A stretch of 64,000 nt of DNA, taken from an uncultured Acidobacteriota bacterium. Lineage in GTDB: Bacteria; Acidobacteriota; Vicinamibacteria; Vicinamibacterales; CAVVIG01. Shown here piece by piece: positions 27,465 to 37,439 of the stretch. A program made the translations under genes and the position numbers. Where the stretch lies: positions 1,155,238-1,219,237 of the forward strand of contig CAVXGU010000003.1 in NCBI GenBank assembly GCA_963761615.1, written 5' to 3'. Every line of letters starts with the position of its first letter. Position 1 is the stretch's first letter. The notes beneath the pieces were generated by a model. It searched no databases. It worked only from the letters and a program-made list of their open reading frames with translations, and was not told where the DNA came from.

Positions 27465-27878
27465 GCGTCAGGGCCGTCCGGGCCGCATCGACACGAGCCG
27501 ACGGACGGTGCCGTCGAGCGGGGCATCCAGGCGGCAGGCGTCCGATGCGCCCGTCGTGGTGTCCTCGCCGTCGTGCGGTCCATGTGTCGGTACTCTAGGC
27601 GAAGCACACCAGGAAGAATGTCCACAACGGAACGTACGTCCCGTCCGCGCCCAGTTCGCTTTTGAACAGTCTTCCGTGAATGGTGTCTGGACAATACGTG
27701 GTGCTTCCAATGACGACCACGCCGGACGTCGTCGTTTCGCGCATGGCGTCTGACCGTGACAATCGCGCTGACCACGATGAACCCGACGGATGGCGCAGGT
27801 CCAGCGGTTATGCCGGCTCGCGCGCCACGCGACGCCGGGTGGGCCATCGGCTGAAGACGAGCCAGGGGGCCGGTCGGC

Positions 27879-29540
27879 TCATCGGTGGGTCGCGCCCGAC
27901 TTCCTTCGGCGATAGCGTTGGATCAGCGCGTTCGTCGAGCTGTCGTGCGCGAGCGGCGTCTCGTCCGAGCGTGTCAGCTCTGGCACGACCCGCGACGCCA
28001 ACACCTTGCCCAGTTCCACGCCCCATTGGTCAAACGAGTCGACGCGCCAGATTGTCCCCTGCGTGAACACACTGTGCTCGTAGAGCGCGACCAGCGCGCC
28101 GAGCGTCTCCGGCGTGAGTCGTTCGGCCAGGATGGTGTTGGTGGGCCGGTTGCCTTCGAAGGTGCGGTGAGCCACCAGTCGTTCCGGTATGCCCTCCGCG
28201 CGGACCTCCTCCGCGGTCTTTCCGAACGCCAGTGCCTGGGTCTGCGCGAAGACGTTCGCCATCAGCAGGTCGTGGTGATGCCCCAGCGGGTTCAGGGTCT
28301 CGCAGAAGCCGATGAAATCGCACGGAATCAACCGCGTGCCCTGGTGGATCAGCTGGTAAAAGGAGTGTTGCCCGTTGGTCCCTGGCTCGCCCCAATAGAT
28401 CGGCCCGGTCTGATAGTCAACAGACATGCCGTCCCGCGTCACGTGCTTGCCGTTGCTCTCCATCGTGAGCTGCTGCAGGTACGCGGGCAGGCGCTTCAGG
28501 TAGTGGTCGTAGGGGAGAACGGCCACGGTTGAGGCGCCGAAGAAGTCGGTGTACCAGATCGTGAGTAGCCCCATGAGGACCGGCAGGTTGCGTTCGAAAG
28601 GGGCGGTTCGAAAATGCTGGTCCATGGCGTGGAAACCCGCCAGCATCGCGCGAAATTGCTCCGGGCCAATCGCGATCATGGTCGACAACCCGATCGCCGA
28701 GTCCATCGAGTACCGGCCGCCGACCCAGTCCCAGAAGCCGAACATGTGGCTGGTGTCGATGCCGAACGCCGCGACTTGTTCGGCGTTGGTGGAGACCGCG
28801 ACGAAGTGTCGGCCGATGGCTCGCTCGTCTCCGAGCGCAGCCAGCGCCCACTCGCGTGCCGTTCGCGCGTTCGTCATCGTCTCGAGCGTGGTGAATGTCT
28901 TGGACGAGACGACGAACAGCGTCTCGGCGGGCTCGAGATCGCGCGTTGCCTCGGCGAAGTCGGTGCCGTCCACGTTCGACACGAAACGGAAACTCAGGTC
29001 CCGCTGGCTGTAGTGCTTCAGCGCTTCGTAGGCCATGACCGGGCCGAGATCGGAGCCCCCGATCCCGATGTTGACGATGGTGCGCACGCGCCGGCCCGTG
29101 TGGCCGCGCCAGCGGCCGTCCCGGACCTGGTCGGCGAAGGTGGCCATCCGATCCAGGACCTCGTGCACGTGGGGTACCACGTTGTCGCCGTCGAGGACGA
29201 TCGACTCGCTGCGTGGCGATCGAAGCGCCACGTGGAGCACGGCGCGATCCTCCGTCGTGTTGATCTTCTCGCCGCGGAACATCGCTTCGATGCGGTCGCG
29301 CAGCCCGCACGCCTCGGCCAGACCCACGAGGAGACGAAGCGTCTCGTCCGTGATGCGGTTCTTCGAATAATCGAGGTACAGGCCGGCGGCTTCAGCGGCG
29401 AGGCGTTCGCCGCGCGAGGGGTCGCTGGCGAACAGCTCGCGGAGATGGACGTCGCGCATCTGCTCGACATGCCGCGCGAGCGCTCGCCAGGCCGGGAGCC
29501 CCTTCAGAGGAGCTCGCTCGGTCGATGCCTTCGTCCTCAC
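27879..29540 (-). CDS. pgi: glucose-6-phosphate isomerase
   Basis: Full-length 553 aa with conserved PGI blocks ([37 protein letters not shown]). Confidence 0.95.
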   Translation of the reverse strand: MRTKASTERAPLKGLPAWRALARHVEQMRDVHLRELFASDPSRGERLAAEAAGLYLDYSKNRITDETLRLLVGLAEACGLRDRIEAMFRGEKINTTEDRAVLHVALRSPRSESIVLDGDNVVPHVHEVLDRMATFADQVRDGRWRGHTGRRVRTIVNIGIGGSDLGPVMAYEALKHYSQRDLSFRFVSNVDGTDFAEATRDLEPAETLFVVSSKTFTTLETMTNARTAREWALAALGDERAIGRHFVAVSTNAEQVAAFGIDTSHMFGFWDWVGGRYSMDSAIGLSTMIAIGPEQFRAMLAGFHAMDQHFRTAPFERNLPVLMGLLTIWYTDFFGASTVAVLPYDHYLKRLPAYLQQLTMESNGKHVTRDGMSVDYQTGPIYWGEPGTNGQHSFYQLIHQGTRLIPCDFIGFCETLNPLGHHHDLLMANVFAQTQALAFGKTAEEVRAEGIPERLVAHRTFEGNRPTNTILAERLTPETLGALVALYEHSVFTQGTIWRVDSFDQWGVELGKVLASRVVPELTRSDETPLAHDSSTNALIQRYRRRKSGATHR

Positions 29541-30213
29541 GACGACACTCCTGTGGAGCGGCCTGCCTGGGTGGGCGTGCCACTCTTCGACGCCAGGCTG
29601 CGCATCAACTTGTTCCAGGACTGGTCGAACGACCGGGCGCCCTCCCGTTGGAGCTGGTCGCCCAGCGCCGCCACGTCCACGCCAGCTTGTGTGAATTGGC
29701 CGAGCACCTCTTCCGCGTCGCCGCCATCCGTCGGCATCGTCCCTGTGACACGGCCGTGATCCACAAAGGTGCAGAGTGTTTCCTCGGGGATGGTGTTGAT
29801 GGTGTCTGGCGCGGCGTGCGCTTCGCTGTAGAGCACGTCCGACTTGTCCCAGCGACTGATGAACATCGACGCGACGGACCCGACTTTCGGGTCGAGACCG
29901 GCCGCAATGCGCCGTTCGAGTCCACGCATGTACGCGTTCGCCGCCGCCAGATACTGCTCCCTGGAGAACAACAGGGTGACGTTCACCGGCACCTGCCGTC
30001 GCCGCTCTGCTGGCGAATCGACTCGTCGAAGAAGTAGCTGTTTTCGATGGCGTGATCGAAGATCGTCGGGTTCGACGTCAGTCCCGTCACGGACCACGCC
30101 TCGATGTACCGGCGAACCGTGCCGCTGGTCAGCAGGCCCCGCGTGATATTGTCGAGCCACAGGCTCTGTCCGAGCGCGTGAAGGCGGGCGGTGGTCCCTG
30201 TTGCTGTTGGCAT
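29537..30213 (-). pseudogene. tal: transaldolase, eroded by two internal deletions, one out of frame
   Basis: The N-terminal 70 aa ([31 protein letters not shown]..) are in one frame. At about 29990-30000 it jumps to another frame resuming at [23 protein letters not shown]. At 29839/29840 it jumps in frame to [25 protein letters not shown]... About 95 and 70 codons are missing relative to roughly 370-aa transaldolases, including the Schiff-base Lys region. Confidence 0.75.
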
Positions 30214-30312
30214 GTCATCCAAGCTCCCCGATTGAGCATGATACCGGCGGCCGGCTCGACGGCTGTGCAGAAGTAGACAGCTGCTCCTCATGCCAGGCTC
30301 TACGATTTCCTG

Positions 30313-30420
30313 ATGGCTCTCTCCCGTTCGGGCGCGCTGGTGCTCCTCGGCGTCACGGGCGATCTCGCGCACAAGATGAACAGTCCCTTTCTGAACACCT
30401 CGGGCCTGCGGCGTTCATAT
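30313..30420 (+). pseudogene. zwf: possible glucose-6-phosphate dehydrogenase N-terminal stub
   Basis: ALVLLGVTGDLAHK matches the Zwf NADP-binding N-terminus (LVIFG.TGDLA.RK); similarity is lost within about 35 codons; divergent from tal. Confidence 0.3.
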
Positions 30421-30495
30421 AGAGTCGATCTGGAAGCTCGGGCGCCGTGTCGGCGTGCGTCGGCGCCACTCATCTTCCGTGCGTCTGGAGGTTCC

Positions 30496-30690
30496 ATGCG
30501 GATTTCGATCCACATGCTGTCGGGTCACGTCCGGCTCAATGCGTCCGGGCGCACCTTCGATCTGCGCGACGACAGTCTGATCGCACTCGATCATGGGGCC
30601 GCTCACGATATCGAAGCTCTCGAGGACAGTGCGCTCCTGCTCACGATCGCGTGGCCCGGCAGAACGGGCAAGGTCGCCGGCAGCGCGTAA
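30496..30690 (+). CDS. small cupin-like protein, possibly only the C-terminal half of a cupin
   Basis: GGAGG 5 nt before ATG 30496; [38 protein letters not shown] resembles the last strands of about 110-aa cupins; in frame with the zwf-like stub ORF (30313..30690). Confidence 0.4.
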   Translation: MRISIHMLSGHVRLNASGRTFDLRDDSLIALDHGAAHDIEALEDSALLLTIAWPGRTGKVAGSA

Positions 30691-30749
30691 GGCAGGGCGC
30701 TGTCCGCTCAGTGGACACGGGACGTGACCGGCGTCGTGAGGTATCGAGC

Positions 30750-32840
30750 ATGGAGGAGCAGGAACAGCTCTGCGTCAACGCGATCCGGATGCTGTCGATC
30801 GATACGGTTCAGAAGGCGAATTCCGGACATCCGGGTATGCCGATGGGCGCGGCCGCGATGGCCTATGTCCTCTGGACGCGCCACCTGCGGCACAACCCGA
30901 TGAACCCCGCGTGGCCCGACCGCGACCGGTTCGTGCTCTCGGCCGGGCACGCCAGTGCGCTGCTGTACAGTCTGCTGTTTCTGACTGGCTACGACCTCGC
31001 GATCGAGGATCTCGAACAGTTCCGCCAGTGGAAGAGTCGAACCCCAGGCCATCCTGAACACGGATGCACGCCTGGTGTCGAGGTCACCACTGGGCCCCTC
31101 GGCCAAGGATTTGGCAACGGCGTCGGGCTGGCGATCGCGGAGCGGTGGCTCGCGGCGACCTTCAATCGTCACGGCGACGATGTCGTGGACCACTGCACTT
31201 ACGTCCTCGCCAGCGATGGCGACATCATGGAAGGGGTGGCGTCGGAGGCGGCCTCGCTCGCCGGCACGCTTGGGCTCGGTCATCTGATCGTGCTCTACGA
31301 CGCGAATCTGATCACCCTCTCCGCGACGACGAACGTCACGTTCTCGGAGGACGTGGGCGCGCGCTTCGACGCCTACGGCTGGCACGTGCAGCGGATCGAC
31401 GGTCAGGACGTGGCGGCCGTCGATGCGGCGCTGACTGCGGCACGAGCCGCCGAGGATCGGCCGTCCCTCATCATCGGGCGCACGCACATCGGCTACGGCA
31501 GCCCGCACAAGCAGGACACGTGGCACGCGCACGGCGAACCGCTCGGGGTCGAGGAAGTGCGCCTGACGAAGCGCGCGCTCGGGTGGCCGGACGATCGCTC
31601 GTTCTATGTGCCGGACGAGGCGCTGCGGGAGTTTCGCGCGTGTGTCGATCGGGGCGTAGAACTCGAGGCGGCGTGGCAGCGCCGCGTGGACGCGTACGCG
31701 ATCGCGCACCCCGACGTCTCGCCACAATTTGCGCGAGCGCTCGCGGGTGAGCTGCCCGAGGGCTGGGAGACGCATCTGCCGACGTTCACGCCGGCCGACG
31801 GCGAGATGGCGACGCGCGACGCGGGTGGCGCGGTCATCGCGGCGCTGGCGGGCGCGGTGACGAATCTGGTCGGCGGCTCGGCGGATCTCAATCCATCGAC
31901 GCGTACCGCGATGCCAGGATGCGGCGACTTCGAACACGCGCCTCGACCCCAGTCCGATGAAAGCCTGCCGACGCAGGGTACGGCCGGCGGCGTCTGGGGG
32001 TTCGCGGGACGCAATATACATTTCGGCCTGCGCGAGCACGCCATGGCTGCTGCGCTGACCGGAATGGCGCTGCATGGCGGGGTGCGCCCGTTTGGCGCGA
32101 CGTTCTTCTCGTTCTCGGACTATATGCGGCCGAGCATCCGGCTCGCGGCCCTGAGCAGGGCGCACGTCATCTATGTCTGGACGCACGACAGCATCGCGCT
32201 GGGGGAGGACGGTCCAACCCATCAGCCCGTGGAACAGCTGGCCGGTCTGCGCGCGATGCCCAACATGCTGGTCCTGCGACCGGGCGACGCCACAGAGACC
32301 GTGGAGGCGTGGCGCATCGCGCTCCGGCACAAGGACGGACCGGTCGGGCTCGTGCTCACGCGGCAGAAGCTGCCCGTGCTGGACCGCGCGGTGCTGGCCC
32401 CGGCATCTGGTCTCGCCCAGGGCGCGTACGTTCTTGCTGAGGCTGGCGCGTTGCCGCCGGAGGTGATCCTGATTGCGACGGGATCGGAGGTGTCGCTCGC
32501 CCTGGCGTCGCACGCGCGGCTCGCCGCCGACGGGATCCGGAGCCGCGTCGTGTCGATGCCCTGCTGGGAGCTGTTCGACGCCCAGCCGCAGGCATACCGT
32601 GACGCGGTGCTGCCACCGAGCGTTCGCGCGCGGGTCAGCATCGAGGCGGCCGCGCCGTTCGGATGGGAGCGCTACGTCGGTTCAGGCGGCGCCATCATCG
32701 CCGTCGACGGCTTCGGCGCGTCCGCGCCTGGCCCCATCCTGATGCGCGCGTTCGGTTTCACGACGGAACATGTTGTCGCGACGGCCCAGGCTGTCCTGCG
32801 ACGCAGCCAAGGAGGTTCGCATGGAGAGACGGCCGGGTAA
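30750..32840 (+). CDS. tkt: transketolase
   Basis: 696 aa; [43 protein letters not shown] motifs; start ATG 30750 ([13 protein letters not shown]). Confidence 0.95.
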   Translation: MEEQEQLCVNAIRMLSIDTVQKANSGHPGMPMGAAAMAYVLWTRHLRHNPMNPAWPDRDRFVLSAGHASALLYSLLFLTGYDLAIEDLEQFRQWKSRTPGHPEHGCTPGVEVTTGPLGQGFGNGVGLAIAERWLAATFNRHGDDVVDHCTYVLASDGDIMEGVASEAASLAGTLGLGHLIVLYDANLITLSATTNVTFSEDVGARFDAYGWHVQRIDGQDVAAVDAALTAARAAEDRPSLIIGRTHIGYGSPHKQDTWHAHGEPLGVEEVRLTKRALGWPDDRSFYVPDEALREFRACVDRGVELEAAWQRRVDAYAIAHPDVSPQFARALAGELPEGWETHLPTFTPADGEMATRDAGGAVIAALAGAVTNLVGGSADLNPSTRTAMPGCGDFEHAPRPQSDESLPTQGTAGGVWGFAGRNIHFGLREHAMAAALTGMALHGGVRPFGATFFSFSDYMRPSIRLAALSRAHVIYVWTHDSIALGEDGPTHQPVEQLAGLRAMPNMLVLRPGDATETVEAWRIALRHKDGPVGLVLTRQKLPVLDRAVLAPASGLAQGAYVLAEAGALPPEVILIATGSEVSLALASHARLAADGIRSRVVSMPCWELFDAQPQAYRDAVLPPSVRARVSIEAAAPFGWERYVGSGGAIIAVDGFGASAPGPILMRAFGFTTEHVVATAQAVLRRSQGGSHGETAG

Positions 32841-33072
32841 CGAGACGCGGATGGACGAGGTCGGTGATGACCCCGGTCAGGTCGGACCGGACAGCGGCGG
32901 CCAGTCGGGTGACACGCAGGGACTCTCGGAGGCCGCCGACGCGGCCGATGAGAGCGTCGAAGAGCTGGCCGACACGGGTCAGGCCTACGAGGCCGAGGTG
33001 ATCGAGGGCGTCGAAGATGCGGCGGATCATCCCGAGAGGCCCGTGCACTCCCACGAAGAGACGGGTCACTGA
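32821..33072 (+). CDS. small acidic protein (83 aa)
   Basis: AAGGAGG 5 nt upstream of ATG 32821; overlaps the tkt end by 20 nt; Asp/Glu-rich, no known domain. Confidence 0.55.
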   Translation: MERRPGNETRMDEVGDDPGQVGPDSGGQSGDTQGLSEAADAADESVEELADTGQAYEAEVIEGVEDAADHPERPVHSHEETGH

Positions 33073-33182
33073 TTTCCGAGTTTCCCGGCAGGCCCGGCGA
33101 CGGCCGCTGTGCACTTGTGAACAGTCAGATGCAGTCGATGCGCGTACCGTCGCAAGAGGGAGACAATGCGAGGAGAAACACG

Positions 33183-33338
33183 ATGACCAACCCCGACAAG
33201 TGCGCGCATCCGGCCTGCAAGTGTGTCGTCTCAAAAGCCAAAGATGGCCCGTACGGCAAGTACTGCAGTGAACACTGCAAAGAGGCCGCGGACGAGATCG
33301 AGTTGCGCTGCGGCTGCCAGCATCCATCGTGCCGGTAA
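33183..33338 (+). CDS. bacterial metallothionein-like Cys-rich protein (51 aa)
   Basis: KCAHPACKC..GKYCSEHC......CGCQHPSC: 9 Cys and 3 His in a SmtA/BmtA-like spacing. Confidence 0.6.
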   Translation: MTNPDKCAHPACKCVVSKAKDGPYGKYCSEHCKEAADEIELRCGCQHPSCR

Positions 33339-33403
33339 GCTGAAGCCCCGTCCACGACAAGGACTCTTGCCGCCGTGCACCTCGCGTCAGAGCCGCTCGG
33401 CGG

Positions 33404-33616
33404 CTATCGGGTGACGGCTCTCGACGCCTGCGGCGGCTGGTGGATCCGCGGCACCCGCGACAGGTTCTGGGTCATGACGTAGGTGCCGATTGCCACCAGC
33501 ATCAACACCAGGCCGACCCAGAAATACCAGTGGTGATGCACATGCCGCCAGTCGGGGACGCGCCGGCGCTCTTCGTGATGGTGGCCGCCGTTGTGCCGGT
33601 GATGGTGCTCGCTCAT
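33404..33616 (-). CDS. His-rich small membrane protein (70 aa, 1 TM)
   Basis: MSEHHHRHNGGHHHEERRRVPDWRHVHHHWYFWVGLVLMLVAIGTYV..; 12 His in the first 38 residues. Confidence 0.55.
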   Translation of the reverse strand: MSEHHHRHNGGHHHEERRRVPDWRHVHHHWYFWVGLVLMLVAIGTYVMTQNLSRVPRIHQPPQASRAVTR

Positions 33617-33718
33617 GTGTCCTGGATTCTTCGCCTCTTGAAGCCGTGCCTCGAGTCCGGTCGTGGACCCGCCCGGACGGTCTCGTGGAACAGGCACTCG
33701 TCTCGCGTCGCACCGAGA

Positions 33719-34288
33719 CTACGCGCAGCAAGACTGCTTCTTGCCGTCGTGGAGTTCTGCGCCCGGCAGCATCGCCTTGCTCCCGGCCACCTCGTTGCGC
33801 GTGCCGTGGGCGATCACCACGAACTTACCGGCCTTGATCAACGTCTCGTATTTCAGCACGCTGTCTTTGGGAATGCCGATCCCGTACAGACCGGCGCCCA
33901 AGGCGCTCATTCCCCCGACCACCGTCGCCCCCTCCAGCGCCCCGACGACCCAGGCCACGAGCGGCCCTGCCGCGAAGAGCGGTCCGATCCCCGGAATGAC
34001 GAACAGCGCCGACCCGAAGAGCATCCCCCAGAGTCCGCCCCAGAACGCGCCCGTCTTGCCCCACGCCATCATGCGATCACCGGTGTTGTAGTACCCGACC
34101 ACGCCTTCCTCGGTGGAGTAGTCTCTGCCCACGATGGAGAGCTTGTGCAGGTCGAAGCCAGATTTCGCGAGCGCGCGGACCGCCTCTTCGGCGGCGCGGT
34201 GGCTCTCGTAGACGGCGACGGCGCTCCCATGTGCCGATGTCTCTGAGCGGGCCGGTGTTTCTGGTGCGAGCGTCGCGTGTCCTGCCAT
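33719..34288 (-). CDS. stress-associated membrane protein (YflT/GSP17M-like N-domain + Gly-zipper TM region)
   Basis: VAVYESHRAAEEAVRALAKSGFD..LSIVG, then GAFWGGLWGMLFG..GIGPLFAAGPL..GALEGA; paralogous architecture to 47244..47927. Confidence 0.7.
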   Translation of the reverse strand: MAGHATLAPETPARSETSAHGSAVAVYESHRAAEEAVRALAKSGFDLHKLSIVGRDYSTEEGVVGYYNTGDRMMAWGKTGAFWGGLWGMLFGSALFVIPGIGPLFAAGPLVAWVVGALEGATVVGGMSALGAGLYGIGIPKDSVLKYETLIKAGKFVVIAHGTRNEVAGSKAMLPGAELHDGKKQSCCA

Positions 34289-34719
34289 GGTAGAGCCCCT
34301 CCGTTGTGAATGATCCCGAAAGCCGATTCGACGATCCCAGCGACCACGATGCGCTGAACCCACGAAAACCGATGTTCAAAAGTGGACTGACGTGACCCGC
34401 GCCGGCGCCCGCTGCACCGGCTTCCGCCCGGATCCCGGAATAGTTCCCATCCGCCGCCCCGGAGCTGCGGTGGCCGCCGCGAGGCGTGCGTGTTCACGAG
34501 CGGGATGTCCCCCCTCCTCCTCAGACGAGCCGCGAGCGTCGTAATGACGATCGACAGGCCGTCTTCCGACTCACCAGTCCGGTGGCGGACGGCGTCCAGA
34601 TCGATCGCCAACCGGGTCCGGCTGGAGGGTTCCCAGTGGCAAAGGAGCGCCCGCCCGCACGTCCGTGCGCTCGGAGATGGCCGCCCTGTAGTGGTGCAAC
34701 TCGCGTTCGGGCGTCGCCA

Positions 34720-37266
34720 TCATCGTTGCCAGAGGATGCGAGCGAATTCCAGGGGAATCGCGACTCCGGAGCGCCGAGGAATCACGCGCGCCGTGTAGTC
34801 GTTCGCCGGACGCGTCGTGGGCACTGTCGCGTGATAGACCCAGGGGCTGGCTGGGTCAGGTTGCGGCCGCGCGCACGTCATGTCCGCGCGGACGGGGTCG
34901 CCGCCATCCGGTCCGTCCGCACACAGTTCGACGCGCACCGCGTGCGGGTCGAGACCGTTCAGAAAGAGCTCAACCTCGAACCTGTGGTGCTCCGCACGTG
35001 TGTCGACCCGCACCTCCCCGAAGCGCAGCGCGCTCCACTTCCGGTCCACTTGGTGCTGCCAGTCGAGCAACTGACTCGCCACGGCGCCCTTGTTCGCCGC
35101 ACGCTCACGGTAGGCGGCGGCCGCCGGGAGGTAGTGGCGCTCGGTGTATTCGCACACCGTCCGGGTGGTGGAGAAGCGCGGTGTCAACCGCGCCAGACTT
35201 TCCCGCATTCGCGCGACCCAGGCGGTCGGAATGCCATGCTCGTCACGGGCGTAGAACTCCGGAATCACCGTCCGCTCGAGCAGGTCGTAGAGGGCCTCGG
35301 CTTCAACCGCGTCCCAGGCCGGATCGTCGCCATGCTCCTGGCCATCCCCCAGCGCCCAGCCCACGTCAGGCGTGTAGGCTTCCGCCCACCAGCCGTCCAA
35401 TTCCGACAGATTGAGGCCGCCATTGACGAGCACCTTCATACCGCTCGTGCCGGACGCCTCCCAGGGGCGGCGCGGCGTGTTGAGCCAGACATCCACGCCC
35501 TGTACCAGGTGCTCCGTCAGCTGCATGTCATCGTCGCTGAGGAAGATGGCGTGCGGACGGACCGCGGGCTGGCGAATGAAGTGAATCCATTGCTGGATGA
35601 GCGCTTGTCCGGCCGCGTCTGCGGGATGGGCCTTGCCGGCCAAGACAAGCTGCACCGGGCGCCGCGCGTCGGTCAACAGTCGAAGCAGCCGCTCCGGACT
35701 GTGGAGCAGCAGGTTCGGTCGCTTGTACGTCGCGAAGCGGCGCGCAAAGCCCAATGTCAAGGCGTGGGGATCGAATAGATGCGTCGCCCCATCCACCGCC
35801 TCCGGCGACGCCCCGGCGATGGCCAGTTGTCCGGAAAGTCGCTCGCGCACGTAGCCCACGAGCGCCGTGCTGGCGGCCGTGCGAAATTGCCAGACTCTGG
35901 AGTCGGAGATGCGGCGGATGTCCTGCTCCAGGTTGTCCGTCGGCGTCTGCCAGCGGTCCTTTCCACAGGCTTCCGTCCAGAGATCATCGGCTGGTGCCGA
36001 GTCCCAGGTCGGCATGTGGACGCCGTTCGTCACATGTCCGACGGGCACATCGTGCTCTGGCCAGTGCGGAAACAGAGGCTCGAACAGGTGTCGGCTGACC
36101 TGCCCATGCAAGCGACTCACCCCGTTCACCGCCCCGCTCCCGCGGATGGCCAGATAGGCCATGTTGAACGGCTCCGACGCGTCGTCCGCATTCTGACGGC
36201 CCAGGGCCAGCAGATCGTGGAGGGTCACGCCGAGTATCTTCTCGGCATAGGCTCCAAGGTATTGCTCGATGAGCGCCGGAGCGAACCGATCGAATCCCGC
36301 GGCGACGGGAGTGTGCGTGGTGAAGAGGTTCCCCGCACGCGTGGCAGCCAGCGCGACGTCGAAGGGTTGCCCCGCGTCTTCCATGAAGCTTCGGGCGCGA
36401 TCCAACACCGCGAAGGCCGCATGCCCTTCGTTCAAGTGACAGACGTCCGGTGTGATGCCCAGCGCGCCGAGCAACCGCCAGCCACCAATCCCGAGCAGCA
36501 GTTCTTGCTTCAGTCGCACCTCCGGCCCGCCCCCGTACAGCTCGCTGGTAATCGTTCGATGAGCCGGGACGTTCGCTGCGTCATTGCTATCGAGCAGATA
36601 GAGCTTGATCCGGCCCGCCTGGACCTGCCAGGCACGCAGCCAGACCGAGGAACCGGGCAGAGCGATCTCCAATCGGACCCACTCGCCGTTCGGACGCCGA
36701 ACGGGCATGATCGGCAACTGTCCAGGGTCGTTGTATGGGTAGAGCGCTTGTTGCGCGCCGTCGTTGTCAATCACCTGGCGAAAATAGCCTTGCTGGTAGA
36801 GCAGTCCGACACCGACCACCGGGACGCCCAGATCGCTGGCCGCCTTGAGCTGATCGCCCGCCACGTTGCCCAGTCCGCCTGAGTAGATCGGAAGCGCTTC
36901 GCTCAGCATGAATTCCATGCTGAAATACGCGACCGACGTCAAGGGGGCGCGCGGATGTTCTCGTTGAAACCACGCCGGCGCCGCCGCCGCGTGACGCGTG
37001 GCGTTCAGCAGATCGTCAACGCTCTTGCGAAAGCCAGGCTCGTTCAGCTGTTGCTCGAGGGTATCTCGCGACACGGTCTGCAGGACGACCCAGGGATTGT
37101 GCGTCAGGTCCCACAGGACGGGATCGAGCGTGCGCCAGACGCCGTCGGTCGCATGGTTCCAGGACCAGCGCATATCCAGTGCCAGCGCCGCGAGGGAATC
37201 GAACCCCTCGATCTCGGTGGGCAGGAGGTTGTAGATCGGATGGCTGACACGGGGGTGTGTGCTCAT
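34720..37266 (-). CDS. glgP: alpha-glucan (glycogen/maltodextrin) phosphorylase, GlgP-type of the 850-aa class
   Basis: 848 aa; AYFSMEF..LPIYSGGLGNVAGD, NEGHAAF, PLP-Lys region GTSGMKVLVNGG. Confidence 0.9.
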   Translation of the reverse strand: MSTHPRVSHPIYNLLPTEIEGFDSLAALALDMRWSWNHATDGVWRTLDPVLWDLTHNPWVVLQTVSRDTLEQQLNEPGFRKSVDDLLNATRHAAAAPAWFQREHPRAPLTSVAYFSMEFMLSEALPIYSGGLGNVAGDQLKAASDLGVPVVGVGLLYQQGYFRQVIDNDGAQQALYPYNDPGQLPIMPVRRPNGEWVRLEIALPGSSVWLRAWQVQAGRIKLYLLDSNDAANVPAHRTITSELYGGGPEVRLKQELLLGIGGWRLLGALGITPDVCHLNEGHAAFAVLDRARSFMEDAGQPFDVALAATRAGNLFTTHTPVAAGFDRFAPALIEQYLGAYAEKILGVTLHDLLALGRQNADDASEPFNMAYLAIRGSGAVNGVSRLHGQVSRHLFEPLFPHWPEHDVPVGHVTNGVHMPTWDSAPADDLWTEACGKDRWQTPTDNLEQDIRRISDSRVWQFRTAASTALVGYVRERLSGQLAIAGASPEAVDGATHLFDPHALTLGFARRFATYKRPNLLLHSPERLLRLLTDARRPVQLVLAGKAHPADAAGQALIQQWIHFIRQPAVRPHAIFLSDDDMQLTEHLVQGVDVWLNTPRRPWEASGTSGMKVLVNGGLNLSELDGWWAEAYTPDVGWALGDGQEHGDDPAWDAVEAEALYDLLERTVIPEFYARDEHGIPTAWVARMRESLARLTPRFSTTRTVCEYTERHYLPAAAAYRERAANKGAVASQLLDWQHQVDRKWSALRFGEVRVDTRAEHHRFEVELFLNGLDPHAVRVELCADGPDGGDPVRADMTCARPQPDPASPWVYHATVPTTRPANDYTARVIPRRSGVAIPLEFARILWQR

Positions 37267-37439
37267 GCGGTAAGGCCTTTGTGCTTCCCAGACGGCGCCG
37301 CCAGCGTCTCGCTGACGATCGTCTGCGCTTCGTCGACGATGCGGCGCAGATGATCCGCGCCCTTGACCGTCGCGCCTCGAATGACGTCCATCGGGTTCCT
37401 TCCGCGTCGGGCGAGGTGCCGGAAGCTCCGCGGTCCGGC

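Noticed and set aside
25287-27665. 792-aa plus-strand ORF
   Set aside because: It is antisense to the PBP1A gene, which has complete GT51 and SxxK/SxN/KTG motifs. The translation is Arg-rich junk.
27465-27878. ORFs in the PBP1A-pgi intergenic region (27461..27847, 27680..28066 and others)
   Set aside because: They have no SD, their composition is biased, and they overlap each other. The locally lower GC fits a promoter or 5' UTR region for PBP1A rather than coding sequence.
33719-33745. C-terminal ..GKKQSCCA resembling a eukaryotic prenylation (CC/CaaX-like) signal
   Set aside because: It is a short motif that could easily arise by chance, no prenylation machinery context is present, and the paralogue at 47244 lacks it.
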